Shown here: one piece after another, positions 54,804-64,000 of the stretch
Layout: each line of letters opens with the position of its first letter
Position numbering within the stretch: the stretch's first letter is position 1
NCBI GenBank assembly: GCA_947164605.1
Contig: CAMUXE010000007.1
Span: 31,419-95,418 of the forward strand
DNA length: 64,000 nucleotides
Direction of reading: 5' to 3'
Origin: an uncultured Lachnospiraceae bacterium
GTDB taxonomy: Bacteria; Bacillota; Clostridia; Lachnospirales; Lachnospiraceae
The notes under the pieces: model-generated
Told to the model about the DNA's origin: nothing
Seen by the model: only the letters and a program-made list of their open reading frames with translations
Database searches by the model: none
Position numbers and translations under genes: made by a program

Positions 54804-55848
54804 TATTGAATTTCCTGATATAGAATTTCCAAAGACTTTAGGCCTTAATCCAGAATTAGAGCTTAAAGACTTGACAGCAACTATCAACGATATGATAAGC
54901 AAAAGCCTACCTAGTCAAGGCTTATATGATAAAAAAATAATTGATGCTCTTAACTATTCCATGGAAGTTGGTGGAAAGCGCTTAAGACCAATCCTTATGC
55001 TGGCCGCTGCCAGACTTTTTTATAAGACTGAATCTACTTGTGGTGATTCTTATAGCAATGATTCTCACAGTCATGATCCTTATGGCCATGATTCTTCAAA
55101 TGACGATTCATCAGTTGAGAATTCGTCAAAGGATTTAGAAGCTAGGCTAATTATGCCTTTTATGCTCGCCATCGAGATGATTCATACATATTCCCTAGTA
55201 CATGACGATTTGCCAGCTATGGATAATGATGATTACAGAAGAGGTAATCTTACTACTCATAAAAAATTTGGAGAAGATTTTGGAATACTTGCAGGTGATG
55301 CTCTTCTAAATTTGGCTTATGAAACATGTTTTGCGGCTATTGAGGCTCAGGATAGGCCTGAGTATATGAGAAGGGCTATAAAAGCTGCCTCTATCCTTAG
55401 CAGAAAAGCCGGTATTTATGGCATGGTTGGAGGTCAATGTTTAGATGTCTTTCTAACTGACAAGCCTATGGACAAAGATCAACTTGATTATATCTTTAAG
55501 CTAAAAACAGGAGCCCTTATAGAGGCTTCTTGTATGGTCGGTGTTGCACTTGCCGGTGCCAGCGATGAAGACATTAAGAAAATCGAACTTGCTGCATCCA
55601 AGACAGGCTATGCCTTCCAGATTCAGGATGACATACTTGATGTGACAAGTACAACAGAGGAGCTGGGTAAGCCGGTTCTTTCAGATGAGAAGAACAATAA
55701 GACTACTTATGTTACCTTATATGGCCTCACTAAAGCCCACGAAGATGTAGAAAAACTTTCATATGAAGCTATTTCAATCATTGATAAGTATGATAATTCC
55801 GACTTTATGATTTGGCTCATTAAGAAGCTTATTGACCGTAAAAAATAG
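54787..55848 (+). CDS. ispA: (2E,6E)-farnesyl diphosphate synthase / polyprenyl synthetase with a low-complexity insertion
   Basis: GGKRLRP, FARM IHTYSLVHDDLPAMDNDDYRRG, SARM FQIQDDILD. The start is uncertain: the 17-nt overlap with xseB uses the first ATG. Confidence 0.9.
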   Translation: MKTYSNIEFPDIEFPKTLGLNPELELKDLTATINDMISKSLPSQGLYDKKIIDALNYSMEVGGKRLRPILMLAAARLFYKTESTCGDSYSNDSHSHDPYGHDSSNDDSSVENSSKDLEARLIMPFMLAIEMIHTYSLVHDDLPAMDNDDYRRGNLTTHKKFGEDFGILAGDALLNLAYETCFAAIEAQDRPEYMRRAIKAASILSRKAGIYGMVGGQCLDVFLTDKPMDKDQLDYIFKLKTGALIEASCMVGVALAGASDEDIKKIELAASKTGYAFQIQDDILDVTSTTEELGKPVLSDEKNNKTTYVTLYGLTKAHEDVEKLSYEAISIIDKYDNSDFMIWLIKKLIDRKK

Positions 55849-55868
55849 CTTTGATCGGGTGAAATTTT

Positions 55869-57743
55869 ATGATACTTGAAAAGATAGAAAAACCAAATGA
55901 TATAAAAAAGATTGCCCCAATTGAATATAACGAATTAGCCAGTGAGATTAGATCTTTCTTAATTGAAAACATCAGTAAAACTGGTGGTCATCTTGCGTCC
56001 AATTTGGGAGTAGTTGAACTGACTATGGCTCTTCACCTGGTCTTCAACCTGCCAAAGGACAAATTGATATGGGACGTAGGTCATCAGGCCTACACACATA
56101 AGATTCTTACAGGTCGTAAGGAATTCTTTTCAAATTTGCGTAAATATGGCGGTATGAGTGGATTCCCAAAGAGAAATGAGAGCCGCTTTGATGCATTTGA
56201 CACAGGACACAGCTCAACTTCTATATCTGCAGGTTTGGGCTATGTATGTGCAAGAGATTTAAAGAAGGAGCATTACAGTGTTATCTCTGTAATAGGTGAT
56301 GGAGCCCTTACAGGTGGCATGGCTTATGAAGCCTTAAATAATGCCTCTAGACTTGATACAAATTTCATCATAGTTCTCAATGATAACAAGATGTCCATAG
56401 CCCGCAATGTAGGCGGCATTTCTGAAATGCTTAGTAATATAAGATCTTCATCTTCTTATATTAACTTAAAGGATAGTGTTGTTAACAAGCTCTACCGTCT
56501 ACCTCACGGCGATGGCATTGTTGACTCAATCAAACACACAAAGTCTAACATCAAGAGAGTTCTCATGCCTGATGATATCTTTGAGAATATGGGTCTATAT
56601 TATCTTGGACCTTTTGACGGCCATGACATCAATAAGATGATTCAGGTTTTCTCAACTGCAAAGAAGATTCACGGCCCTGTAGTAGTCCATATTGTGACTG
56701 AAAAGGGACACGGCTACAAACCGGCAGTTAGAAACCCTAGCAAGTTCCACGGAATAGGACCTTTTGATATTGCCAGTGGTGAGGTTCTTGCAAAGTCTGA
56801 TAAAGCAACATATTCAGAAATCTTTAGTCAGGCTATCACAAGCCTTGCCAAAGAAGATGAGAAAATTTGTGCTATTACAGCTGCAATGCCTGATGGTACT
56901 GGACTTACTAAGTTTGCAAGATGGTTCCCTGACAGGTTCTTTGATGTTGGCATAGCTGAGGCTCATGCCGTAACATTTGCAGCAGGACTTGCAGCAGGTG
57001 GTATGACGCCTGTATTTGCCGTATATTCATCCTTCTTGCAAAGAGCCTACGACCAGATCTTGCATGATGTATGTATCCAAAACCTTCATGTGGTTTTATG
57101 TATAGATAGAGCCGGCTTGGTTGGAAGTGACGGAGAAACCCATCAGGGTATATTTGACCTGTCCTTCTTGAGCCACATTCCAAATATGTCTATTTTTGCG
57201 CCAAAAAATGGCCAAGAATTGAAAAAGGCTCTTTATTTTGCTACCCAGGTCTATAATGGACCAATCGCTATCAGATATCCGAGAGGTATTGCTGTTGACT
57301 CCTATGACGACTTTGATAGCGAAATTGAATACGGCAAGTCTGAAGTCATGTATGAGGAGAAAGACATTGCTCTCATGGCAGTTGGCTCTATGGTCACAGC
57401 TGCTGATCATGTAAGAAATAAACTTAAAGAAAAAGGGCTCAATGTAAGCCTTATTAATGCCCGCTTTGTCAAGCCATATGACAAGGAGGCAATAGATAAT
57501 CTCACAAAGAATCATAAATTGCTTGTCACTCTCGAGGAAAATGTTCTGGCTGGCGGATTTGGTGAGGCTGTTACGGACTATGTCGAGCTCAACTCACTTG
57601 ACATTGATGTTTTAAATATTGCCCTGCCTGATGACTATATAGAACACGGCAATGTGACTATTCTTAAGTCGCTGGCTGGCATTGACTCTGATACAATCAC
57701 ACAAAAGATTCTTAAGGCATGGGAAGGAGTATGTAATGAGTAA
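55869..57743 (+). CDS. dxs: 1-deoxy-D-xylulose-5-phosphate synthase
   Basis: 624 aa with GGHLASNLGVVELT, DVGHQAY, and the GDGALTGGMAYEALN TPP motif. Confidence 0.96.
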   Translation: MILEKIEKPNDIKKIAPIEYNELASEIRSFLIENISKTGGHLASNLGVVELTMALHLVFNLPKDKLIWDVGHQAYTHKILTGRKEFFSNLRKYGGMSGFPKRNESRFDAFDTGHSSTSISAGLGYVCARDLKKEHYSVISVIGDGALTGGMAYEALNNASRLDTNFIIVLNDNKMSIARNVGGISEMLSNIRSSSSYINLKDSVVNKLYRLPHGDGIVDSIKHTKSNIKRVLMPDDIFENMGLYYLGPFDGHDINKMIQVFSTAKKIHGPVVVHIVTEKGHGYKPAVRNPSKFHGIGPFDIASGEVLAKSDKATYSEIFSQAITSLAKEDEKICAITAAMPDGTGLTKFARWFPDRFFDVGIAEAHAVTFAAGLAAGGMTPVFAVYSSFLQRAYDQILHDVCIQNLHVVLCIDRAGLVGSDGETHQGIFDLSFLSHIPNMSIFAPKNGQELKKALYFATQVYNGPIAIRYPRGIAVDSYDDFDSEIEYGKSEVMYEEKDIALMAVGSMVTAADHVRNKLKEKGLNVSLINARFVKPYDKEAIDNLTKNHKLLVTLEENVLAGGFGEAVTDYVELNSLDIDVLNIALPDDYIEHGNVTILKSLAGIDSDTITQKILKAWEGVCNE

Positions 57744-58560
57744 GGAGAGACTTGATGTCCTTCTAGTTTCAAGAGGATTAGCAACTTCACGAGAGAAAGC
57801 CAAGGCTATTATTATGGCCGGACAGGTTTATGTAGATAACCAAAAAGAGGATAAGGCTGGCTCAACATTTGCCCCAGAGGTAAATATTGAGGTTAGAGGC
57901 CAAACTTTGAAATATGTAAGCCGTGGTGGTTTGAAGCTTGAGAAGGCTATGGCTGAGTTTAATGTCAGCCCAGAGGGAAGAGTCTGCATGGATATAGGCT
58001 CCTCAACAGGAGGATTCACAGATTGCATGCTTCAGAATGGTGCGACTAAGGTATATGCTGTTGATGTAGGACATGGCCAGCTTGATTGGAAACTCAGAAA
58101 TGACGATAGAGTAGTGGTTATGGAGAGAACCAATATAAGGTATGTCACTAGAGAAGACCTAGCTGACGATATTGAATTTGCCAGTGTTGATGTTTCCTTT
58201 ATTTCTCTTTCAAAGATTCTGCCTGCAGCCAAAGGATTTGTGACTCCTGATTCACAGATGGTTTGCTTGATAAAACCTCAGTTTGAAGCAGGTAGAGACA
58301 AGGTCGGCAAGCATGGTGTAGTCCGCGACAAAAAGGTCCACGAGGATGTCATCCACGCTGTATTCACTTATGCCCACGACAATGGCTTCAAGGTTTGTGA
58401 CTTAACCTTTTCTCCTGTTAAGGGACCAGAGGGCAATATTGAATATCTTATGCATATTGAGCCATGTCAAAATATGGAAGAGCTTGATGATTCTCTAATC
58501 ACAGGCGAGGCCAATGTTTCAAAAGTTGTAAATCTTGCACATGATACTTTAGATAAATAA
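57736..58560 (+). CDS. tlyA: TlyA-family rRNA 2'-O-methyltransferase
   Basis: S4 domain ERLDVLLVSRGLATSREKAKAII. The SAM motif is DIGSSTGGFTDC. The ATG at 57736 overlaps the dxs stop by 8 nt. Confidence 0.9.
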   Translation: MSKERLDVLLVSRGLATSREKAKAIIMAGQVYVDNQKEDKAGSTFAPEVNIEVRGQTLKYVSRGGLKLEKAMAEFNVSPEGRVCMDIGSSTGGFTDCMLQNGATKVYAVDVGHGQLDWKLRNDDRVVVMERTNIRYVTREDLADDIEFASVDVSFISLSKILPAAKGFVTPDSQMVCLIKPQFEAGRDKVGKHGVVRDKKVHEDVIHAVFTYAHDNGFKVCDLTFSPVKGPEGNIEYLMHIEPCQNMEELDDSLITGEANVSKVVNLAHDTLDK

Positions 58561-58578
58561 TCTATTAGGGTGAGGAGT

Positions 58579-59448
58579 ATGAAGCATTTATCTGTAATTT
58601 CAAATAAAACCAAAGATCCAAATATGAACTGTGCTGCCCTTATTGCAGACTATGCAAAGTCTTTAGGCGCCGATTGTGAGATATGTGACTTTGATCCTTC
58701 AAAATCTGAAGGAAAAAGCTCTTATAATGCTAGATATGTGGATGCCAATATGATTGATGACAAGACCGAGTGTGTGATAGTTCTTGGTGGAGACGGTACC
58801 CTTATCCAAGCTGCAAGAGAAATCTGCAAAAAAGATATACCTCTCCTTGGCATAAATATTGGCACTTTGGGATTTTTGACAGAAGTTGAGTTCAAGGATT
58901 ATCAGCTTGCTATACATTCCCTTATAAACGATCAATATAGCATTCAGGAAAGAATGATGCTCAGGGGTAGTATAATTAGGTATAATCAGATTCTATATAG
59001 CAATGATGCTCTAAATGATATTGTTATCACAAGACACGGAGATTTAAGGGTTATTGATATGGATGTAACTGTCAATGGTGACTATCTTACATCATATACA
59101 GCAGATGGAATTATTATATCTACCGCTACAGGTTCGACTGCTTACAGCCTCTCAGCTGGCGGTCCAATTATTGAGCCTCAAGCCAAGCTATTTCTCATGA
59201 CTCCAATATGTCCTCACTCCTTAAACCACAGGTCTATAGTTCTCAGCGATTCTAATAAGATTAAGATAAATATGCTTAATTCTAGAAACGATAATGAACC
59301 TCGAACCGTAACATTTGACGGAGAGCAGTTTTTTAGAGTAAAAACTCATGACCAAATTCTGATTGAGAGATCTGATATTGTTGCTAAATTAATTATCACT
59401 CAGAACCGCGATAATTTCCTCAAGAGAGTTTCTGACAAACTTATGTAA
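58579..59448 (+). CDS. nadK: NAD kinase
   Basis: GGDGTLI, NIGTLGFL, and the ADGIIISTATGSTAYSLSAGGPI motif. A GAGGAG RBS is present. Confidence 0.93.
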   Translation: MKHLSVISNKTKDPNMNCAALIADYAKSLGADCEICDFDPSKSEGKSSYNARYVDANMIDDKTECVIVLGGDGTLIQAAREICKKDIPLLGINIGTLGFLTEVEFKDYQLAIHSLINDQYSIQERMMLRGSIIRYNQILYSNDALNDIVITRHGDLRVIDMDVTVNGDYLTSYTADGIIISTATGSTAYSLSAGGPIIEPQAKLFLMTPICPHSLNHRSIVLSDSNKIKINMLNSRNDNEPRTVTFDGEQFFRVKTHDQILIERSDIVAKLIITQNRDNFLKRVSDKLM

Positions 59449-59499
59449 TTAGGCACTTAAAGAGAAGATCTATTATTTTATTAAATTAGGGGTATTATT

Positions 59500-59955
59500 T
59501 TGAAAACCGATAGACTTAATGCAATTTTAAAACTGATTGATGAAAAATGTATAGAAACACAGGATGAGCTAGTGAACGAGCTCAATAAAGAGGGCTACAA
59601 TGTCACTCAAGCCACTGTTTCTAGAGATATTAGGAAACTAAATCTGACTAAGATGTCTTACAATGGCAAGCAGCGCTACGTTCACTATAAAGATATAAAG
59701 AGTGGAGATTATCTAAATCAGAAATACATCCGAGTTTTAAGAGAGGGCTATGTCAGCATGGACACAGCCTGCAATATACTTGTTATCAAAACTGTAGCCG
59801 GAATGGCTATGGCGGTTGCAGCAGCTCTTGATGCCCTTCAATTCAAAGAAATTGTAGGTTCCATAGCCGGTGACGACACCATTATGTGTGCGGTTAGAAG
59901 CACTGAGGAAGCTAACTTGTTATTGACTCGCCTGAGAGAAATTATATTAAATTAG
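59500..59955 (+). CDS. argR: Arginine repressor
   Basis: 151 aa with TQDELVNELNKEGYNVTQATVSRDIRKL and C-terminal GSIAGDDTI. TTG start. Confidence 0.92.
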   Translation: MKTDRLNAILKLIDEKCIETQDELVNELNKEGYNVTQATVSRDIRKLNLTKMSYNGKQRYVHYKDIKSGDYLNQKYIRVLREGYVSMDTACNILVIKTVAGMAMAVAAALDALQFKEIVGSIAGDDTIMCAVRSTEEANLLLTRLREIILN

Positions 59956-59971
59956 AAAGTGAGGCCTAAGC

Positions 59972-61672
59972 ATGCTGACTAATCTTCATGTTAAAAATCT
60001 TGCCCTGATTGATGAGGCAGATGTCGATTTTTACCCTGGTCTTAACATATTAAGCGGCGAAACTGGTGCTGGTAAGTCCATTATTCTTGGCTCTATCAAT
60101 ATCGCCCTTGGCTCTAAAGCCAGCCCTGACATAATTCGCAAGGGTAGTGACTATGCCTTGACTGAATTAATCTTTTCCATCGATTCAGATGAAATCCGCC
60201 ATTCCCTCAAAGAATTAGAAATACCTGATATAGAAGAAGATGCAATCATTATCAGCAGAAAGATTACCCCTCAAAGAAGCAAGATAATGATCAACGGTAT
60301 TACTTGTACCAATGCTATGGTTCAAAAAGTTGCCGCTCTGCTTATAAATATACATGGTCAACATGACAATCAGCTCCTCCTAAACGAAGCTTCACACATC
60401 AAACTTGTTGATTCTTTCGGCTATGACACAATAAGTCCTCTTAAAGACAATTATTCTCTTATCTACAAAGAATTTTCACAATTGAGGTCTAAACTAGAAA
60501 AGAACACAATGGATGAGGAATCTAGAGAGCGTGAGATATCTTTTCTAGAATTTGAGATTAATGAGATTAATGAAGCTGACCTAAAAGAAGGTGAGGATGA
60601 GGACTTAGAAGCCGAGTTTAAAAAGCTCAACAATTCTAAGAAAATTATCGACAATATCTCACAGGCTCTGCAAGTCTTGTCAGATAGCAATGACAACTGT
60701 AATGACCTGCTAGGTTCTGCAATACATCATATAAGCAATGCGTCTACTTATGACGACTCTCTGTCTGACATATTAGCCTCTCTAGGAGATGCTGATGACT
60801 TAATTTCAACCTCTATAAGGAGCCTTGAAAACTATATAGACAATTCAGAGATGGACGATGAAAGTCTCAATCAAATGTCACAAAGACTTGATTTAATCAA
60901 CAAGCTTAAGAATAAATACGGAAAGACAATTGAGGATATCTTAGCTTACTCTGAAGAAAAACAGGCCAGACTTGACGACTTAGTTCATTTTCAAGAAATC
61001 AATGAAAAGCTCTCCCATGAGCTTGACTTAAAGAAAGATGAGTTAGACAAGGCTGCTGATTCATTATCTAAGGCTAGAATCAAGGCAGCAGACCTCCTAA
61101 GTCAGATGGTATCTAAAGCCTTAAGTGAGCTCAATTTCTTGAATAATCAATTTGAAGCTGAATTTAAGCCTTCACAAGAAATGGGCCCTGACGGAAATGA
61201 TATTGTAAGATTCATGATTTCTACCAATGTAGGACAGCCTCTTATGCCTTTATCAAAAATAGCATCTGGCGGTGAGCTTTCACGAATTATGCTTGCTATC
61301 AAGACCTGCATGGCTGGCAAAGATGACATTGGAACCTTAATATTTGACGAGATTGATGCAGGTATCAGTGGAAGAACAGCCCAGAGGGTGGCTGAACAGC
61401 TTGCCAAGGTCTCTGTCAAACATCAGATAATATGTATTACTCATCTGCCACAGATTGCATCAATGGCAGATCGCCACTATATTATTGAGAAGTCAGTAAA
61501 CGACCAAATTACATCTACATCTATCTATGAACTTGATTATGAGAAAGAGGTAGATGAGCTGGCCCGCATGATTGGCGGTTCTTCAATCACTGAGTCATGC
61601 ATGACTTCAGCCAAGGAAATGAAAGAAGGAGCAAAGAACTATAAGGCTAATTGTATTCAAAAAATGCCTTAA
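59972..61672 (+). CDS. recN: DNA repair protein RecN
   Basis: 566 aa with Walker A GETGAGKSI, a long coiled coil, the SMC signature ASGGELSR, and Walker B LIFDEIDAG. Confidence 0.96.
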   Translation: MLTNLHVKNLALIDEADVDFYPGLNILSGETGAGKSIILGSINIALGSKASPDIIRKGSDYALTELIFSIDSDEIRHSLKELEIPDIEEDAIIISRKITPQRSKIMINGITCTNAMVQKVAALLINIHGQHDNQLLLNEASHIKLVDSFGYDTISPLKDNYSLIYKEFSQLRSKLEKNTMDEESREREISFLEFEINEINEADLKEGEDEDLEAEFKKLNNSKKIIDNISQALQVLSDSNDNCNDLLGSAIHHISNASTYDDSLSDILASLGDADDLISTSIRSLENYIDNSEMDDESLNQMSQRLDLINKLKNKYGKTIEDILAYSEEKQARLDDLVHFQEINEKLSHELDLKKDELDKAADSLSKARIKAADLLSQMVSKALSELNFLNNQFEAEFKPSQEMGPDGNDIVRFMISTNVGQPLMPLSKIASGGELSRIMLAIKTCMAGKDDIGTLIFDEIDAGISGRTAQRVAEQLAKVSVKHQIICITHLPQIASMADRHYIIEKSVNDQITSTSIYELDYEKEVDELARMIGGSSITESCMTSAKEMKEGAKNYKANCIQKMP

Positions 61673-61775
61673 TTCAGCTTTAATTCTAATATTGACACCA
61701 TAGTCAAGTTTGACATTGCTATTCAAATGTATTAAAATCTATAATGCTAAATACTATAAAGGAAAGTTTATTCTA

Positions 61776-62834
61776 ATGATAAAAAAACAAATAAGGCCTT
61801 TGATTGCCTTAACAATGGTTGCATCTTTCACAATTTCTATGCTTGGCACAAGTCAGTCAATATTTGCCGATGATGTCAATGATTTGAAGAATCAGAAAAG
61901 TGATAAGCAGTCAGAATTAAACCAGACAGAAGACGAATTAGCATACGTTCTTGCAAAGCTTGACACTCTCGAGATTAACATGGCTGAGAAGAGCGATGAG
62001 ATTGAAAAGAATTCTAAGGATTTGGAAGCTGCTGAGAAAGATCTTTCAAATCAGATCAAAGATATGAAGCTTCGTATTAAGTTTATGTATGAAGATAAGG
62101 GTAAGACAATTACTGAGTCTTTCTTAACTTCAACATCTATGAGCGAAGTTATCAATAAAGCTGAGTATGTTCAGAATGTATATAACTATGACCGCAATAA
62201 GATGCAGGTTATGGCTGATACTTCTAAGAAGATTAAAGAAATCAAAGAAAAGAATGAAAACGATAAAAAGGAACTTGAGTCTATGTCTGATGAGCTCACA
62301 AAGCAGCAGGCTAGTCTCTATACTGCCATTGATAGCTTAAAGGGTAGTATATCAGACCTTGATTCACTGCTCAAATCAGCTCAGGAGAAAGCTGCCGCAG
62401 CAGTAGCTCCTGCAACTAGCTCATACAATGCAAACAATGCAAGTCAAGCTAGTGCAAGCCAGGCAACATCAACATTCGTAAGCAGTGGTAATGCATCTGT
62501 AGGTAGCTCTGCTGTAGCACTTGCTTATCAGTATATTGGTGTACCTTACGTTTCAGGTGGCTCAAGCCCATCAGGATTTGACTGTTCTGGTTTTACATCA
62601 TATGTATATGGACAGTTGGGTATTTCCTTATCTAGATCATCATCTGCTCAGTCAGTTGGCGGACAGAGTGTTCCACTTTCATCAGCTCAGCCAGGCGATA
62701 TCATTTGTTACCCTGGACATGTGGCTATGTACATTGGTAATGGTCAGATAATTCACTCACCATATCCAGGACGTACTGTTTGTGTTGCATCTGTCGACAT
62801 CATGACAATCACTGATGTAAGACGTTATTATTAA
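61776..62834 (+). CDS. Secreted peptidoglycan DL-endopeptidase, CwlO-like (coiled-coil N-domain + NlpC/P60)
   Basis: Signal peptide after the ATG at 61776, a coiled-coil region, and an NlpC/P60 domain with GFDCSGFTSYVY and GHVAMYIGNGQIIH. Confidence 0.88.
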   Translation: MIKKQIRPLIALTMVASFTISMLGTSQSIFADDVNDLKNQKSDKQSELNQTEDELAYVLAKLDTLEINMAEKSDEIEKNSKDLEAAEKDLSNQIKDMKLRIKFMYEDKGKTITESFLTSTSMSEVINKAEYVQNVYNYDRNKMQVMADTSKKIKEIKEKNENDKKELESMSDELTKQQASLYTAIDSLKGSISDLDSLLKSAQEKAAAAVAPATSSYNANNASQASASQATSTFVSSGNASVGSSAVALAYQYIGVPYVSGGSSPSGFDCSGFTSYVYGQLGISLSRSSSAQSVGGQSVPLSSAQPGDIICYPGHVAMYIGNGQIIHSPYPGRTVCVASVDIMTITDVRRYY

Positions 62835-62874
62835 ACTAGATTTAAACATTTTATTAGAGCGAGGAGAAGTTGAT

Positions 62875-64000
62875 ATGAAGAATGTTTTGTTTATTGCATC
62901 AGAAGCTGTACCTTTTATTAAAACTGGCGGACTTGCCGACGTTGTAGGTTCTCTTCCAAAGTATTTTGACAATGAGGAAGTTGATGCCAGAGTTTTAATC
63001 CCAAAATACACATGTATACCTTGGGAATTGAGACAGCAGATGGTTTACAAGACCCATTTCTACATTGATTTAGCATGGAGAAGTCAGTATGTAGGCGTAT
63101 TCGAGATGGAATATGATGGTGTAACTTATTACTTCATAGACAACGAATTTTACTTTGGTGGTCCTAAGCCATATAGCTGGATTCACGAAGATATAGAAAA
63201 ATTTGCCTTCTTCTGTAAGGCAGCTCTGTCAGCTATTCCTGTTCTTGGCTTTAAGCCAGATATTATACATTGCCACGATTGGCAGACAGGATTGATTCCA
63301 GTATATCTTCATGAGCGTTTTGCTCAGGGAGAGTTCTACAAGGATATCAAGACAGTTATGACTATTCATAATCTTAAGTTCCAGGGTATTTGGGACTTAA
63401 AGAAAGTCAAGGACATCACTGGTCTTGCTGATTATTACTTTACACCTGATAAGCTTGAATTCAACGACGATGCAAACTATCTAAAGGGTGGTATTGTATA
63501 TTCAGACAAGGTTACAACTGTAAGCCCTTCTTATGCTGAAGAAATCAAAACACCATTCTATGGTGAGAACTTAGATGGTCTTATGAATGCTAAGGCCAAT
63601 AATTTAGTTGGTATCCTCAATGGTATTGATTATGAGGCCTATGATCCAAAGACTGACAAGAGAATAAAACACAATTATGATCAGGTTACCTTCCGTAAGG
63701 AAAAGTACAAAAACAAGCTTGATTTGCAGAAGGAATTAGGTCTAGTTGAAGATAAGAACAAATTTATGATTGGTATTGTCTCAAGACTTACAGATCAGAA
63801 AGGACTTGATCTCATTGCATATGTGATGGATAATCTTTGTTCTGACGATGTTGAGCTTGTTGTTCTAGGTACTGGTGATGAAAAGTATGAGAATATGTTC
63901 CGTCACTACGATTGGAAGTATAATTCAAACGTATCTGCCAACATCTACTACTCAGAAGACATGTCACATAAGGTCTATGCAGCATGTGATGCCTTCCTTA
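62875..64000 (+). CDS. glgA: Glycogen synthase (ADP-glucose type), 3' end outside window
   Basis: It is not in the ORF track because it runs off the window. ATG at 62875 after GAGGAG. The sequence is MKNVLFIASEAVPFIKTGGLADVVGSLPK...HCHDWQTGLIP. Confidence 0.93.
   Translation, partial: MKNVLFIASEAVPFIKTGGLADVVGSLPKYFDNEEVDARVLIPKYTCIPWELRQQMVYKTHFYIDLAWRSQYVGVFEMEYDGVTYYFIDNEFYFGGPKPYSWIHEDIEKFAFFCKAALSAIPVLGFKPDIIHCHDWQTGLIPVYLHERFAQGEFYKDIKTVMTIHNLKFQGIWDLKKVKDITGLADYYFTPDKLEFNDDANYLKGGIVYSDKVTTVSPSYAEEIKTPFYGENLDGLMNAKANNLVGILNGIDYEAYDPKTDKRIKHNYDQVTFRKEKYKNKLDLQKELGLVEDKNKFMIGIVSRLTDQKGLDLIAYVMDNLCSDDVELVVLGTGDEKYENMFRHYDWKYNSNVSANIYYSEDMSHKVYAACDAFL

Noticed and set aside
54787-54835. 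Direct repeat ATTGAATTTCCTGATATAGAATTTCC (IEFPDIEFP) at the ispA 5' end as a regulatory element
   Set aside because: It is a short imperfect duplication inside coding sequence that overlaps the xseB 3' end. It mainly makes the true ispA start uncertain, and there is no independent evidence of function.
1-64000. Search for CRISPR arrays, IS elements, integrases, prophage or toxin-antitoxin/defence cassettes
   Set aside because: No spaced identical repeats of 25-40 bp were found. No transposase, recombinase or phage-like ORFs are in the track. Every ORF over 90 aa outside known genes is antisense or alternative-frame noise. The window is essentially core chromosome.

Overview
This is an AT-rich chromosomal segment of a low-GC Firmicute, Clostridia-like and most consistent with a plant-fibre or pectin-degrading Lachnospiraceae-type organism. 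That taxonomic placement is inferred from gene content and synteny only. Almost all genes are on the + strand, and most are core housekeeping genes. In order, the window contains: a two-component system, a GerM-like lipoprotein and comEC; an LRR/dockerin surface protein; holA; a GH5 cellulase; rpsT; an orphan DUF-like gene and tRNA-Arg(CCG); rluF-ligA; metA; a MarR plus heterodimeric ABC exporter operon; and adenine deaminase. Next comes a large nitrogen-assimilation block (glnN type III GS, an Amt-PII fusion, dapF, dapL, gltB, gltD), then hisK(PHP). This is followed by gap-pgk-tpiA-gpmI, secG-rnr-smpB-ssrA(tmRNA), a second two-component system plus lipoprotein, a CE8 pectinesterase, a GNAT gene, a glycosylase-NUDIX fusion and an RpiB-like isomerase. 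The window ends with the conserved asp23-nusB-xseAB-ispA-dxs-tlyA-nadK-argR-recN block, a CwlO-like NlpC/P60 hydrolase and the 5' part of glgA. I found no CRISPR array, transposase, integrase, prophage or recognisable defence system. The most unusual signals are regulatory or architectural. Four terminator-like hairpins punctuate the glnN-amt unit, and three of them share an ACAAAGGCG box. The ammonium transporter is fused to a P-II domain. Accessory surface and cellulase genes are inserted into the conserved comEC-holA-rpsT synteny. A 19-bp direct-repeat array sits in front of the second two-component operon. D/S/Y/N-rich in-frame insertions occur in otherwise conserved enzymes. None of these can be shown to be novel without database searches.
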